DNA of 64,000 nucleotides from Chlamydiota bacterium (GCA_016866495.1 VGMG01000005.1:40686-104685), one strand, 5' to 3'. Numbered from the stretch's first letter, positions 20,025-29,796 are shown. Numbers and translations: made by a program. The notes: generated by a model not told the origin, from the sequence alone.

Positions 20025-20386
20025 GATTGAAAGTGCCTGCTGATATTTCTCAATATCCTAAAGTCCTTGACTGGATAGAGACGGGTATATCTTCCTCCCA
20101 AATTCAGCTCTGTGTCGAGGAAATTTTTATTAATATCTGTTCTTATGCTTACCCCGATTCAAAGGGTGAGGTCGAAATTATCTTTAATAAAAAAGAGGAT
20201 GAGGTTCAAATAGAGTTTATTGACGATGGACTAGAATTTAATCCCCTTGAGTACCGTCGTCAAAAACCCATCGACGAGCCAGGCGGATTTGGAATTTACA
20301 TAGTAAGCCATTTAATGGATAATGTGATTTACGAAAGAAGAAACGATCAAAATCATCTAAGATTTATCAAAAGTACTAAGAAATAA
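20009..20386 (+). CDS. rsbW: Anti-sigma-factor serine kinase, RsbW/SpoIIAB family
   Basis: 125 aa HATPase_c-type fold: EEIFINICSYAY (N-box region), IEFIDDGLEFNP, GGFGIYIVSHLMD. Overlaps the upstream lipoprotein gene by 16 nt. Confidence 0.8.
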   Translation: MSQEMRLKVPADISQYPKVLDWIETGISSSQIQLCVEEIFINICSYAYPDSKGEVEIIFNKKEDEVQIEFIDDGLEFNPLEYRRQKPIDEPGGFGIYIVSHLMDNVIYERRNDQNHLRFIKSTKK

Positions 20387-20395
20387 TTACCTGGA

Positions 20396-20827
20396 TTAGT
20401 ATTCTTCGATCATTCTTTGAATCATGTCTTCATTATCCGTGATCTCTTTGAGAAAATGTCTAAGTACACGCAAAATATATTTTGGAGAATTGTATATCCC
20501 TTCTGTTCTAAAAACTAACTCGAGAAGTGGTGTTTCATCTTCTATGTAGGATATGAGAGTCAGTGTTTCTTTGTCTGTTTCTCCCTGCTGGGGAACAATC
20601 CAGACGGCAAACTGGTGATTGAATAGAGTCACTTTATCCTCCTCTTCAATCACATGAAAATAAAAGGGATGTTGCTGAAGAAGATCTTGATCTTGATCGG
20701 TACAGTTTAAAAGGTTATGATCTCTTAAAAGGGGAAGGTCTACATTAATGATTCCATCGTGGTTGAAATACGAAAGATCAGAAAAGAATTCTTCAAATGC
20801 GCGTTCTAATTTACCAGGGTTTGGCAT
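20396..20827 (-). CDS. Hypothetical acidic protein (143 aa)
   Basis: Clean ORF convergent on rsbW and divergent from dacC. No recognised motifs. Confidence 0.55.
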   Translation of the reverse strand: MPNPGKLERAFEEFFSDLSYFNHDGIINVDLPLLRDHNLLNCTDQDQDLLQQHPFYFHVIEEEDKVTLFNHQFAVWIVPQQGETDKETLTLISYIEDETPLLELVFRTEGIYNSPKYILRVLRHFLKEITDNEDMIQRMIEEY

Positions 20828-20894
20828 CCCTCATCCTTTTCAGATTTTTTCCTTTCCAATAGAGCGAGTTTTTTTATTTTTAAAGAAAAAGATT

Positions 20895-22139
20895 TTGTTC
20901 TGGGTCATGATCTACTTCTCAACATTAAATTCTCAGATTATAGCCCCTAAAATCCGCTCTCAAGTGGCCGTTATCTATGATTGCGATAACGAAATCATTC
21001 TCTTTTCTAAAAGAGGGGATCAAAAAATCCATCCAGCTAGTACAACAAAAATTGCCACCTTACTCTATGCACTTCAATGCAAACGTAATCCTAAAGAACT
21101 AGTACTTGTTTTGCCCGAGCTTTTGAAATCGATGCCAAAAGAGCAGAAGATAAATCTCAATTATGCGGTACCCCCCTATCTTTTGGAGCCGGATGCCTCT
21201 ACTATAGGTTTAGCTCATAGTAGTTATTATGCCGTTGAAGATCTTTACTATGCTTTGATGCTGGTCTCGGCTAATGATGCTGCAAACGTTCTAGCGTACC
21301 ATCTGGGTGAGCAGTCTATTGAGCAATTTATGATTGGTTTGAATCAGTTCATAAATTCCATCGGATGCAAAGAGACCACCTATGTCAATCCTAGCGGTTT
21401 AGAATATCCCGCACATCGCACAACAGCAGTTGATCTAGCAAAAATGCTTACATACGGGATTAAAGAACCCGATTTTTTGAAAATTGTGAGTACTATTTTT
21501 TATAAAATTGAATCGGGGGAGCTGCTTGATAGAGAGCTCAATAACTCCAATCGATTACTCCGTACAGAGAGCGGATTACAGTATAAATACTGCATTGGGG
21601 GAAAAACAGGTTATACAGAGCATGCAGGCTATTGCTTTGTCGGTGCGGCAAAAAATTCGGAAAGAACTCTTGTTGTAGCTGTAATGCAATCTCCCACAGC
21701 CCAAGATCGGTTCATTGACGCAACGAATCTTTTTAACGCCGCTTTTTCAGAAAAGAGAATTTTGCGAGTTTTTTATAACGCCCATGACCCTTGCTTCAGC
21801 CTATTACCAAAACACGCTAATCACCCGGTCTTTCTAAGCACAATCGAGGATTGTAAAATTGAATCTTTTGCCAGTTTGGTGGAAAATCTCGAGCCTAAAG
21901 TGCAATTTTTTGAGGCGACGCTCCCTATAAAAAAGGGTCAAATTCTGGGAAGAGTGGATATTGTGTCAGCTAACGGTAAAGTTGTTGATAGCAAATCTCT
22001 TGTTGCTGTAGCAGACATGTCTCATACCTGGCTCTCTTTTTGGGTGGAAGAGAGGGGAAGATTAGGGTTGCTAGTACTGACAGCTTTTACGCTGAAGATG
22101 CTTTTTAGAAGTCCCAAACTCAAAGAAAAAAGGGGCTAA
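20895..22139 (+). CDS. dacC: D-alanyl-D-alanine carboxypeptidase (PBP5/6 class, DacC-like)
   Basis: SxxK (PASTTKI), SxN (VSANDAA) and KTG (GKTGYT) motifs in the correct order. Start uncertain: TTG 20895 or ATG 20907. The 20748 ATG would overlap the divergent gene by 80 nt. Confidence 0.85.
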   Translation: MFWVMIYFSTLNSQIIAPKIRSQVAVIYDCDNEIILFSKRGDQKIHPASTTKIATLLYALQCKRNPKELVLVLPELLKSMPKEQKINLNYAVPPYLLEPDASTIGLAHSSYYAVEDLYYALMLVSANDAANVLAYHLGEQSIEQFMIGLNQFINSIGCKETTYVNPSGLEYPAHRTTAVDLAKMLTYGIKEPDFLKIVSTIFYKIESGELLDRELNNSNRLLRTESGLQYKYCIGGKTGYTEHAGYCFVGAAKNSERTLVVAVMQSPTAQDRFIDATNLFNAAFSEKRILRVFYNAHDPCFSLLPKHANHPVFLSTIEDCKIESFASLVENLEPKVQFFEATLPIKKGQILGRVDIVSANGKVVDSKSLVAVADMSHTWLSFWVEERGRLGLLVLTAFTLKMLFRSPKLKEKRG

Positions 22140-22156
22140 AAAGCCCCTTTTTTTTA
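22126..22156. terminator. Bidirectional rho-independent terminator between convergent dacC and the SurA-like gene
   Basis: AAAAAGGGGCT-AAAA-AGCCCCTTTTTTTT: GC-rich stem (22131-22137 / 22142-22148) flanked by an A-run and a T-run. Includes the dacC stop codon. Confidence 0.65.
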
Positions 22157-22176
22157 GATACAGGAACCGGATTTTT

Positions 22177-23244
22177 CTACTCTTCTTTTAGTGAAAAAGG
22201 GGTAAAATCTGCAGGGAGCGGTAAATAGAGTTGGTCATCTGAATACCCGTATTTATCCTTAAGTTTTTGAAAAAATAGACCACGCTCTTTTTCGGCCATA
22301 CGTCCTACAAGATCATGTTTCAGTTTTTCCGTCATTTGTTGGAAGGGGATAGGTTCAGATTTGATATGGTCTTTCAAAAAGAAAACACGAATCAAGTATT
22401 CATTGTTTTGGTGCATGAATGAGGGGGCGCTCACTGACTCCAAAGCCATATGAGAAAGAATAGTCTTATGGGCTGGGGCGATGTCCTTATCTTCAACGCT
22501 CAAGTCCTCCGTTAAGCTAATTTTAAATTCTTCTTCTTTTGAGAATAGGCTTGTGAGAGAATCTTTAAGAGCTTGCAGATGGGGAAATGCGGTCGGGTCC
22601 AAAGCTTTTATTTTGAAAGCAATCTGCTCGGCCTTTTCTTTATTTTTTACTCGCACAGTGAGGAATTGGTACTTCCAGCTCTCATTGCCCGGATTCATTT
22701 GAATATATTCGTCATAGGCCGTTTTTAGAGTTTGAGGTCCAACTTTATAAAAAATTTTGTTCACAAATCCATACCAATTCATCTGTTGTGACAAAATATC
22801 GTTCTTGACCGAGTTTTTCACATCATCGTAAGTTAAATTGGCTTCATGCAATTTGTTAATTAGATCACTTCCGTAACGGCTTACCAACTCTTGGCGGATA
22901 TCAGCATCAGAAATTTTGATTTTTTTCTCTTCAGCCTCTTTTTTGAGAAATTCAAGCAAGATCAGCTCATCAAGCTGTCTTTTCCAACTTTCTTTATAAA
23001 ACCCGATGCGGTTGTTCACATTTTTGTATTCTTCAGGGCTATGAAGATACATGCGCATGTCCAGTTCTTTTACAACATCCGCAAGAGAAATAATTCGGCT
23101 ATTCACTTTTGCCAAAGGGATGTTATTGACCGCAATTTTGGTTTTTACTGTCTTTAACTTATGAAACGAGCTCTCTTTGGTAATCCCTTTAAGGGCTATT
23201 AAGGGAATGAAAAGGGCTAAAAAATATTTTATTTGGATACGCAT
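22177..23244 (-). CDS. SurA/PrsA-like periplasmic chaperone with a degenerate parvulin-like domain (tentative)
   Basis: Signal/anchor MRIQIKYFLALFIPLIALKG from ATG 23244, a SurA-N-like helical region, and a parvulin-like remnant (YQFLTVRV...EYLIRVFFLKD). Lies downstream of rsmB on the same strand. Confidence 0.45.
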   Translation of the reverse strand: MRIQIKYFLALFIPLIALKGITKESSFHKLKTVKTKIAVNNIPLAKVNSRIISLADVVKELDMRMYLHSPEEYKNVNNRIGFYKESWKRQLDELILLEFLKKEAEEKKIKISDADIRQELVSRYGSDLINKLHEANLTYDDVKNSVKNDILSQQMNWYGFVNKIFYKVGPQTLKTAYDEYIQMNPGNESWKYQFLTVRVKNKEKAEQIAFKIKALDPTAFPHLQALKDSLTSLFSKEEEFKISLTEDLSVEDKDIAPAHKTILSHMALESVSAPSFMHQNNEYLIRVFFLKDHIKSEPIPFQQMTEKLKHDLVGRMAEKERGLFFQKLKDKYGYSDDQLYLPLPADFTPFSLKEE

Positions 23245-23330
23245 AGGAATGTATCGTAGCAAACGAAGGATTTTTTGGGCAATTAGCTCTACTCGCAAAA
23301 AACAGATTTATTTTTACAAAAAAATCAGGA

Positions 23331-24458
23331 TTATTTTTCGACTTGAAGTAACTGGCCAAAAAATCCATCCGGGGACCCTTTTGAGGGGTTTGTTTGAAAA
23401 GCAGGACCCGTTTTTTTCACAGGGTAGTTTTGGCAAAAAAATTCCACTTGATCCTGATTTTCTTGTCTTAATACGCTACATGTAGCGTATAGGATATATC
23501 CTTTTGGTTTTGCATAGGCGAATGCTTGCGAAAATATCTCCCTTTGCAGCTGTACAAGTCTTTGAACATCTTCCAGGCCTAAACGCTCTTTCATATCGGG
23601 GTTTCTTCTTAATGTACCAGAACCAGAGCAAGGGACATCTAAAAGAAGTCGGTCAAAGTAGTGTTGAAATTTTTTTGAACAGATAGAGGGATGGAAGATT
23701 TGATAATTTTGAATTCCCGCTCTTTTTAGCCTTTTCTTAGCTTCGATAAGCGCATTTTTTCGTGCGTCATGAAGAAATATCTGACCTTGGTTTTGCATCA
23801 AAGCCGCAATCAAAAGGGCTTTTCCCCCGGAACCTGCGCAAAAGTCTAGGATATTCTCTTTGGGTTTAGGATCTAATTGGATGGCAACAAGCTGGCTTGC
23901 CTCATCCTGGATCTCCATAAGGCCATGCTTAAAAGCTTCTAAAGCAGAAAAGTTTTCCCGTTTTTCGAAACAAAGACCGAAAGGGGAGGTCTGAGTAGCC
24001 TCGACTTTGAAGAGCTTCTTTAGTTCTAAGAGAAGTGCATCTCTTGATATTTTTAAAGGATTACAGCGGGCATAAATTGGAGCTTCATGGTGGATAGAAT
24101 CCAAAAACTCCGAAAATTTTTTTGGCTCCAAATCCTTTTGGAGCAAATTTAAAAAATTTTCTTGAAATCCATACCGAATGTGTAAGGGGATAGAGGTATC
24201 AACGAGGTGCTTTTCGGGCTCAAAAGCTGCAATTTCTTGAATCGTCTCGGCATTTATTTTTTTCAATTTAAGCACATGATCAATCAAAGAGTTATAGCGG
24301 CAAACTTTATAAACAAAGTTTCCCAGCACTTTTCGATCTTTAGAACCAAGAGCCGAATTTTTTTTAAAATAATTCTTTAGGGTAAGATCTAATCTAAATC
24401 TTTTAGGATCATGTTGTAAAAAAAATTGTTCTATATGGTACAAGCAAAATAAATTCAT
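23331..24458 (-). CDS. rsmB: 16S rRNA m5C methyltransferase, RsmB/Fmu (NOL1/NOP2/Sun) family
   Basis: SAM-binding DFCAGSGGKAL, catalytic LLDVPCSGSGTLRRNPD and YATCS blocks. Confidence 0.85.
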   Translation of the reverse strand: MNLFCLYHIEQFFLQHDPKRFRLDLTLKNYFKKNSALGSKDRKVLGNFVYKVCRYNSLIDHVLKLKKINAETIQEIAAFEPEKHLVDTSIPLHIRYGFQENFLNLLQKDLEPKKFSEFLDSIHHEAPIYARCNPLKISRDALLLELKKLFKVEATQTSPFGLCFEKRENFSALEAFKHGLMEIQDEASQLVAIQLDPKPKENILDFCAGSGGKALLIAALMQNQGQIFLHDARKNALIEAKKRLKRAGIQNYQIFHPSICSKKFQHYFDRLLLDVPCSGSGTLRRNPDMKERLGLEDVQRLVQLQREIFSQAFAYAKPKGYILYATCSVLRQENQDQVEFFCQNYPVKKTGPAFQTNPSKGSPDGFFGQLLQVEK

Positions 24459-24530
24459 TATGTAAACTTTAGCCCGAATGATTCGGTTAAATTTTAGGGC
24501 AAAAGGTTTTTATATTCTATAGGAGTATGT

Positions 24531-25013
24531 ATGTGTAGAGGCAGCAAGTTTTTATATCAGTTGGGGCGAATTCTTTTTGCCTTACCCTTCATAGTATTTT
24601 TTGTTTTAAAGGTTGTGAATTGGCAGTCCTCGATGGATAGCCTAGGACAAGCCCTTTCCATGTGGAAGACAGAGGTAGAGGGAAGCTTTTTAGGTTCTTT
24701 CATCGGGGTTATGCAGCAATTAGATCTTGTTCTTCTAATTCTTGCTTGCCTTTTTGAGGGTTTAGGTGGAGTTTTGCTTCTTTTTGGTATCCGAACGCGA
24801 CTTGCTGGATGGCTTTTGGTGCTCTTTTTACTTCCTGTAACCATTTTCATGCACCCTTTTTGGTTCGCAGATGCTACAGCAAGATTTCCGATGTTAGCCG
24901 ATTTCTTCAAAAACCTTGCACTCTTAGGTGGTGCTTTTGTTTTTGCAGCCGGCGCAAATTGTAACAATTGCCACGATCATGAAGAGACTCACCACATGGA
25001 TGACAGGGTCTAG
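24531..25013 (+). CDS. DoxX-family small membrane protein with a Cys/His-rich tail
   Basis: 160 aa, 4 hydrophobic helices with DoxX-like blocks (LGRILFALPFIVF, EGLGGVLLLFGIRTRLAG, FKNLALLGGAFVFAA). Tail is NCNNCHDHEETHHMDD. Confidence 0.6.
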   Translation: MCRGSKFLYQLGRILFALPFIVFFVLKVVNWQSSMDSLGQALSMWKTEVEGSFLGSFIGVMQQLDLVLLILACLFEGLGGVLLLFGIRTRLAGWLLVLFLLPVTIFMHPFWFADATARFPMLADFFKNLALLGGAFVFAAGANCNNCHDHEETHHMDDRV

Positions 25014-25043
25014 GAATAAAGATAAAAAAGGGGGAATTTTTTG

Positions 25044-26531
25044 ATGAAAGATTTGATCTCCCTTTTTTTTCTCCACTTTGTTCTTGGAGGAATACTAGGT
25101 TGGTTTTCTACAGAAACCCAGCCTTTTATTTTGGGGATAATCGCTTTATTAGTATTTTTTTATATCCTCTCACTCAGTTTAGCCTCTGAAAAAAAAACGA
25201 TGGGTTTTTTTGGTTTTTTTTGGGGCTTTTCCTTTTTTCAAAATTTTTGGATGAAGGATCTAAAAGTTCCTCTAGGATCCCTTTATTTAGATGCATTTGG
25301 GTTGGTTTTAGCACTTTTTTTTTCTCTTTGGATAGCTATTCAATTTATTCTTGCGATTAGAGCTACGTCTTCTTTAGAAGGGGAGAAAAAAATTTTTGGT
25401 TTTGTGGGTTTATGGGTTTTAATTGAGTACCATAGGTCCTGGTTTTTATGTGGGTACAACTTTTATACGCTCTCCTCTTTTTTGGAAAAACTTGGTGTAG
25501 ATAAACTTTTCGCATTTACCGGAAGTTTTGGGGCGACCTTTGTTCTGCTTTTAGCAGCTCTTCCCCCCTTTTTTTTTCCTAAAAAAAGGGGGAGCTATCT
25601 TGGAATGTTTGTCATTGTATTTATCACTAGTATTCCGCAGTTCAAAAAAGAGGTAGCACAGATTAAAGTAGGTGTTGTCCGTACCCAAAGGGACCCCTGG
25701 GCCAATAATGACAAAATCTATCAGGATAGATACTTGGATTGGTTGCAATCGGTAAAGGGTCTGGATGTTCTGGTTTTTAGTGAAACAAGTTTTCCCGGAA
25801 AGTACTTTTTTTGTTACCCGGAGGGATTGACGATGTCAGAGTTATTAGCTTGCTACAAATTAGAAGCTGCAATTGTCAATCTCTCGTTTGAAAAAAACAT
25901 TGATGTAATTGTCGGGCATATTTATCCGGGTACCGATGGAAAGTTTTTAAACGTCGCAAGCCTGGTTCATAGAGGTGAGATTGTGGGTCGTTACGAAAAA
26001 ATGCGACTCATGTCAGTCATGGAGAATTCTTGGGATTTTCTACCCGATTCAATCAAATCTCTATTTGATACGGGAAATTTTATCCCCGGGGATAAAAAAA
26101 AGCTCCTAAAAGGAAAATATCTCTATGGAGTGAACATCTGCTACGATGACTATTTTGGAGCGGACTCTAGTGCATTTTCAAAAAAAGGGGCTGATTTGAT
26201 TGTTTCAATGCATAATGATATCTGGATTGAAAATGATTGTTTTAAATACAACCACTTTCGACAAAGCTTATTGAGGTCTATAGAAACAGGCTTGCCTACA
26301 GTTCGCAGTTGTAATGGTGGGCTTTGTGGATACACCTTGCCAAATGGAGATTACAGCTTTTTCAGTCCCGATGAGGGTGTAATAGTCTTTGAAATACCCA
26401 TATTTAAAAATTTAACCATTTACCCCTATTTGCAAGATCGTTTTTTTCTTTTATTGGCTTTTGGTGCCTTAATCGTGGCTTTTAGAAATAGAGACCAAAA
26501 AAACTGCATCATGAACCCAAGAAGAGATTGA
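25044..26531 (+). CDS. lnt: Apolipoprotein N-acyltransferase
   Basis: N-terminal multi-TM region plus a C-terminal CN-hydrolase domain with E (VFSETSFP), K (RYEKMRLM) and C (VNICYDDYF) triad contexts. The ORF opens at TTG 25041; ATG 25044 follows an AGGGGGAA SD. Confidence 0.8.
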   Translation: MKDLISLFFLHFVLGGILGWFSTETQPFILGIIALLVFFYILSLSLASEKKTMGFFGFFWGFSFFQNFWMKDLKVPLGSLYLDAFGLVLALFFSLWIAIQFILAIRATSSLEGEKKIFGFVGLWVLIEYHRSWFLCGYNFYTLSSFLEKLGVDKLFAFTGSFGATFVLLLAALPPFFFPKKRGSYLGMFVIVFITSIPQFKKEVAQIKVGVVRTQRDPWANNDKIYQDRYLDWLQSVKGLDVLVFSETSFPGKYFFCYPEGLTMSELLACYKLEAAIVNLSFEKNIDVIVGHIYPGTDGKFLNVASLVHRGEIVGRYEKMRLMSVMENSWDFLPDSIKSLFDTGNFIPGDKKKLLKGKYLYGVNICYDDYFGADSSAFSKKGADLIVSMHNDIWIENDCFKYNHFRQSLLRSIETGLPTVRSCNGGLCGYTLPNGDYSFFSPDEGVIVFEIPIFKNLTIYPYLQDRFFLLLAFGALIVAFRNRDQKNCIMNPRRD

Positions 26532-26614
26532 AGAAAAAGGGATTGAAAGGTAAATTCTTGAAAAAGCCGATATTTTCGGCTGGGTTTAGAATTTCGTTGT
26601 AAGAAGGTGACATC

Positions 26615-27538
26615 TTGCGAGACCAAAGCTCGATTGTAAAACAGGTCGGATTAAGACCACAAACAACAATTCTAAACGTATTTGAGCTCACTGGAGTTGC
26701 CCTTTTTACGGGTAAGATTGTCCGGTGCAAATTTTTACCTGCCCTGCCCGATACGGGCATTATTTTCAGACGAGTCGATTTACTAGACAAGCCCTGCATT
26801 AAGGCTCGCGCTTCGTCTGTTGTCTCCACTCCGAGATGCACGGTTATAGGTCAAAACGGAATCACTGTTCAACTGGTAGAACATCTTCTTTCAGCCATTT
26901 ACGGTTTAGGAATTGATAATTTAATTGTTGAGATAGACGGACCTGAGGTTCCCATTTTCGATGGAAGTGCTCAACAATTCGTGCGCTCCTTCATTGAGGC
27001 AAAAACTGTTTCATTGGCAGCGCAAAAACCAATATTTAAAATTCTCGAGCCGATTGAGGTTGTTTGTAACGGGACGACTGTACGTGCAACTCCCTCTGAG
27101 GATTTAATATTTTCCTATTTTCTACACTACGATGCCAAAGGTGTTTTAGAACACCAGGACTACTTGATAAAATTCAATCAAGACAGGTACGCAAGACAAG
27201 TCTCTTTGTGCCGCACATTCAGCAGCTATGAAGAGATTCAACCTCTTCTTGAAAAGGGGTTCATCAAGGGAGGAAGTCTTGAGAATGGGATCATCGTGAA
27301 GGAGGGTAGGGTCATCAATGAAGGTGGGCTTAGATTTTCAAACGAGATGGCTCGCCATAAAGTGCTCGACATGATAGGGGATCTTTGTCTTATTGGGTAC
27401 GACGTGATAGCATACTATGAGGGGGACAAATCGGGTCACTCACAAACAACGAAACTGGCGCAACTGATAGAAGAAAAAGTTTTAGAATGGGTACATCAAA
27501 CTCCACAATTAGTACAGGAGTGGGCTCACACGCGATAG
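26615..27538 (+). CDS. lpxC: UDP-3-O-acyl-N-acetylglucosamine deacetylase
   Basis: LpxC blocks (TVQLVEHLLSAIYGLGIDN, EVPIFDGSA, CRTF, HKVLDMIGDL, GHSQ). TTG start preceded by a GAAGGTG SD at 5-nt spacing. Confidence 0.9.
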   Translation: MRDQSSIVKQVGLRPQTTILNVFELTGVALFTGKIVRCKFLPALPDTGIIFRRVDLLDKPCIKARASSVVSTPRCTVIGQNGITVQLVEHLLSAIYGLGIDNLIVEIDGPEVPIFDGSAQQFVRSFIEAKTVSLAAQKPIFKILEPIEVVCNGTTVRATPSEDLIFSYFLHYDAKGVLEHQDYLIKFNQDRYARQVSLCRTFSSYEEIQPLLEKGFIKGGSLENGIIVKEGRVINEGGLRFSNEMARHKVLDMIGDLCLIGYDVIAYYEGDKSGHSQTTKLAQLIEEKVLEWVHQTPQLVQEWAHTR

Positions 27539-27990
27539 ACATCGATGAGATTATCCGCATTTTGCCCCACTCCTATCCTTTTTTGCTCGTAGATCGCATT
27601 TTGGACATAGATCTCGAAAATAATCGGATCGTAGGTCAAAAAAACGTGACTATAAACGAGCAATTTTTTACTGGACATTTTCCGAGTAAACCAATCATGC
27701 CTGGGGTATTGATAATAGAGGCTATGGCGCAGGTAGGTGGTATTTTAATGCATAAGAAGGGGATTAAAGGTCTCAAGGTGCTTATGAGCGTGTATGATGC
27801 ACGATTTCGGCGTCCTGTCACCCCCGGAGATGTCTTAATCATTGAAGTGCAAGCGACTTTTTTGTCTCAAAGAGGGGGAAAATGCGAGGCAAAAGCATTT
27901 GTGAACAATGAAGTTGTTGTTGATGCAGGGATAAGCTTCGGCATTCACCCTGAATTTCGAACTCAATCCCATAAAGATAACCACATTTAA
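27487..27990 (+). CDS. fabZ: 3-hydroxyacyl-ACP dehydratase FabZ
   Basis: LPHSYPFLLVDRI, FFTGHFPSKPIMPGVLIIEAMAQ hot-dog motifs. ATG 27487 overlaps the lpxC end by 52 nt (GTG 27520 is an alternative). Confidence 0.9.
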   Translation: MGTSNSTISTGVGSHAIDIDEIIRILPHSYPFLLVDRILDIDLENNRIVGQKNVTINEQFFTGHFPSKPIMPGVLIIEAMAQVGGILMHKKGIKGLKVLMSVYDARFRRPVTPGDVLIIEVQATFLSQRGGKCEAKAFVNNEVVVDAGISFGIHPEFRTQSHKDNHI

Positions 27991-28001
27991 AAAGGTCTAT
28001 A

Positions 28002-28817
28002 ATGGCAACCATTCATCCAACAGCCGTCGTCCACCCCGATGCTAAAATTGCTGAGGGGGTCGAAATAGGCCCATATTCTATTGTTGGCCCAAACGTAGTT
28101 TTAAAAGAGAATGTCGTTTTGAGATCACATGTGGTCGTCGAGGGGCACACAACAATTGACCAGGGGACTGTGATTTTTCAGTTTGCTAGCATAGGTGCCA
28201 AACCCCAAGATCTCAAATTTAGAGGGGAAAAGACATTTGTTTTCATTGGAAAAAACTGTGAAATCAGAGAGTGCGTGACCGTCAACAGTTCTTGTGGGGA
28301 GGGGACTGCAGTGCGTATTGGAGATAACTGTTTATTGATGGCATATGTCCATGTGGCTCACAATTGCGTACTAGGTAGAAATGTCATTTTATCGAACAAT
28401 GTTTCGTTAGCAGGGCATGTTGAGGTAGGAGATTTTGCAATTGTGGGGGGATTTACCCCTGTTCACCAATTTACCCGAATAGGGCCACACGCTATGTGCG
28501 GGGGGATGTCTCGATTAGACGGGGATTTGGGACCTTTCCTTATAGGTGGAGGGACCGACTTTAAAGTCGGAGGTATCAACCTTGTAGGTCTAAGGCGTCG
28601 AGAATTCAACCTCGAAAGAAGGGTTAAGCTGGGAAAACTTTTTAAGTGGGTTTATCGCTCCGAGCTGTCTGTAGAGATGGCAATCCATGAGATCTTAAAA
28701 GAATTTTCTTTAGAGGATGAGGACGTCAGGCTTTGGGTCGAGTTTTTTTCTTTTCAAACTAAACGCGGCTATGCAGGATACAAGCGGGCGGGCAGTCTAG
28801 ATCCCGCTATTTGCTGA
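28002..28817 (+). CDS. lpxA: Acyl-ACP--UDP-N-acetylglucosamine O-acyltransferase
   Basis: IHPTAVVHPDAKI start, hexapeptide repeats throughout, HVAHNC and GGxxxVHQF blocks. Confidence 0.9.
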   Translation: MATIHPTAVVHPDAKIAEGVEIGPYSIVGPNVVLKENVVLRSHVVVEGHTTIDQGTVIFQFASIGAKPQDLKFRGEKTFVFIGKNCEIRECVTVNSSCGEGTAVRIGDNCLLMAYVHVAHNCVLGRNVILSNNVSLAGHVEVGDFAIVGGFTPVHQFTRIGPHAMCGGMSRLDGDLGPFLIGGGTDFKVGGINLVGLRRREFNLERRVKLGKLFKWVYRSELSVEMAIHEILKEFSLEDEDVRLWVEFFSFQTKRGYAGYKRAGSLDPAIC

Positions 28818-28890
28818 AGTAGCGCCCCCTTTTGAGGGGGGAAGATTCTGACTTGCCCCTATATTTACCTATAATCTAATCTTAGAGGCC

Positions 28891-29796
28891 ATGTTTAAGA
28901 TTATATTATTTGCTACTGCAGAAATTGCACTTCCTACTTTGGAATACCTTTACAAAAACCATCATCTACTAGCAGTTGTCACGATGCCTGACAAACCCAG
29001 AGAACGGGGCGGAGCAAACACGATGACGGCAGTGAAAAAGCGAGCTCTTGAACTTGGCGTAACAGTTCTTGATCCGGTAAGTCCTAAAGAGGAAAATTTT
29101 GTTCAAGCGCTCCAACTTCTTCTTGCAGATCTTTTTATCGTATTTGCATACGGCCACATCCTCAAGAAAAACCTTCTAGACATGCCAAAAATAGGGCCTA
29201 TTAACCTACACACATCGATTTTACCCCTTTATAGGGGAGCTGCCCCCATAGAAAGGGCCGTCATGGCTGGCGAGAGCGAGACCGGGATAAGTGTCATGCG
29301 AATGGATGTTGGGATGGACACAGGTCCAGTATACCTAATAAAAAAAATTCCTATTGGCCCCGATTTAGATGCAGCTGCTCTTAAAGATAAATTAGCGTTT
29401 TTATCGGTTGAAGCTCTTAATGAGGTTTTAGAACAAATTCAAAATAAGTCTGCTAAATTGACACAGCAAGATCATGATCGGGCGACATATGCTCCAAAAA
29501 TTCTCAAAGAAGATTTAGACCTTTGTGTTGACACTAAAGAAAAAATGCTTTTAAAAATTCGTGGTCTGACCTCCTATGGTGGTTGTAAAATTCTCTTAAA
29601 TTCGACGGAAATATTAAAAGTATTTAAAGCTCGGATATCCACAGAAATAATTTCCAAAAATTTAGAAATAAAAAATGGAGCACTTTTTTTGAAATCTAAG
29701 GATGGATCTTTAGAGCTGCTTGAGGTGCAGTTACAAGGAAAGAAAAGAATGCAAATTAAAGAGTTTTTAAATGGATATTCACATAAGATAAATTAA
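28891..29796 (+). CDS. fmt: Methionyl-tRNA formyltransferase
   Basis: Formyltransferase N-domain (INLHTSILPLYRGAAPIERA, SVMRMDVGMDTGP) plus a C-terminal tRNA-binding domain. Confidence 0.9.
   Translation: MFKIILFATAEIALPTLEYLYKNHHLLAVVTMPDKPRERGGANTMTAVKKRALELGVTVLDPVSPKEENFVQALQLLLADLFIVFAYGHILKKNLLDMPKIGPINLHTSILPLYRGAAPIERAVMAGESETGISVMRMDVGMDTGPVYLIKKIPIGPDLDAAALKDKLAFLSVEALNEVLEQIQNKSAKLTQQDHDRATYAPKILKEDLDLCVDTKEKMLLKIRGLTSYGGCKILLNSTEILKVFKARISTEIISKNLEIKNGALFLKSKDGSLELLEVQLQGKKRMQIKEFLNGYSHKIN

Noticed and set aside
24557-24967. 136-aa ORF antisense to the DoxX gene (Lys/Arg/Pro/Ser-rich)
   Set aside because: It lies entirely within and opposite a gene with recognisable family blocks. 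Its composition is typical of a shadow frame, and no SD or motif is present.
27487-27538. 52-nt lpxC/fabZ overlap as a possible frameshift or fusion
   Set aside because: Both frames are intact with complete family motifs, and an internal GTG (27520) could shorten the overlap. There is no evidence of a disrupted gene.
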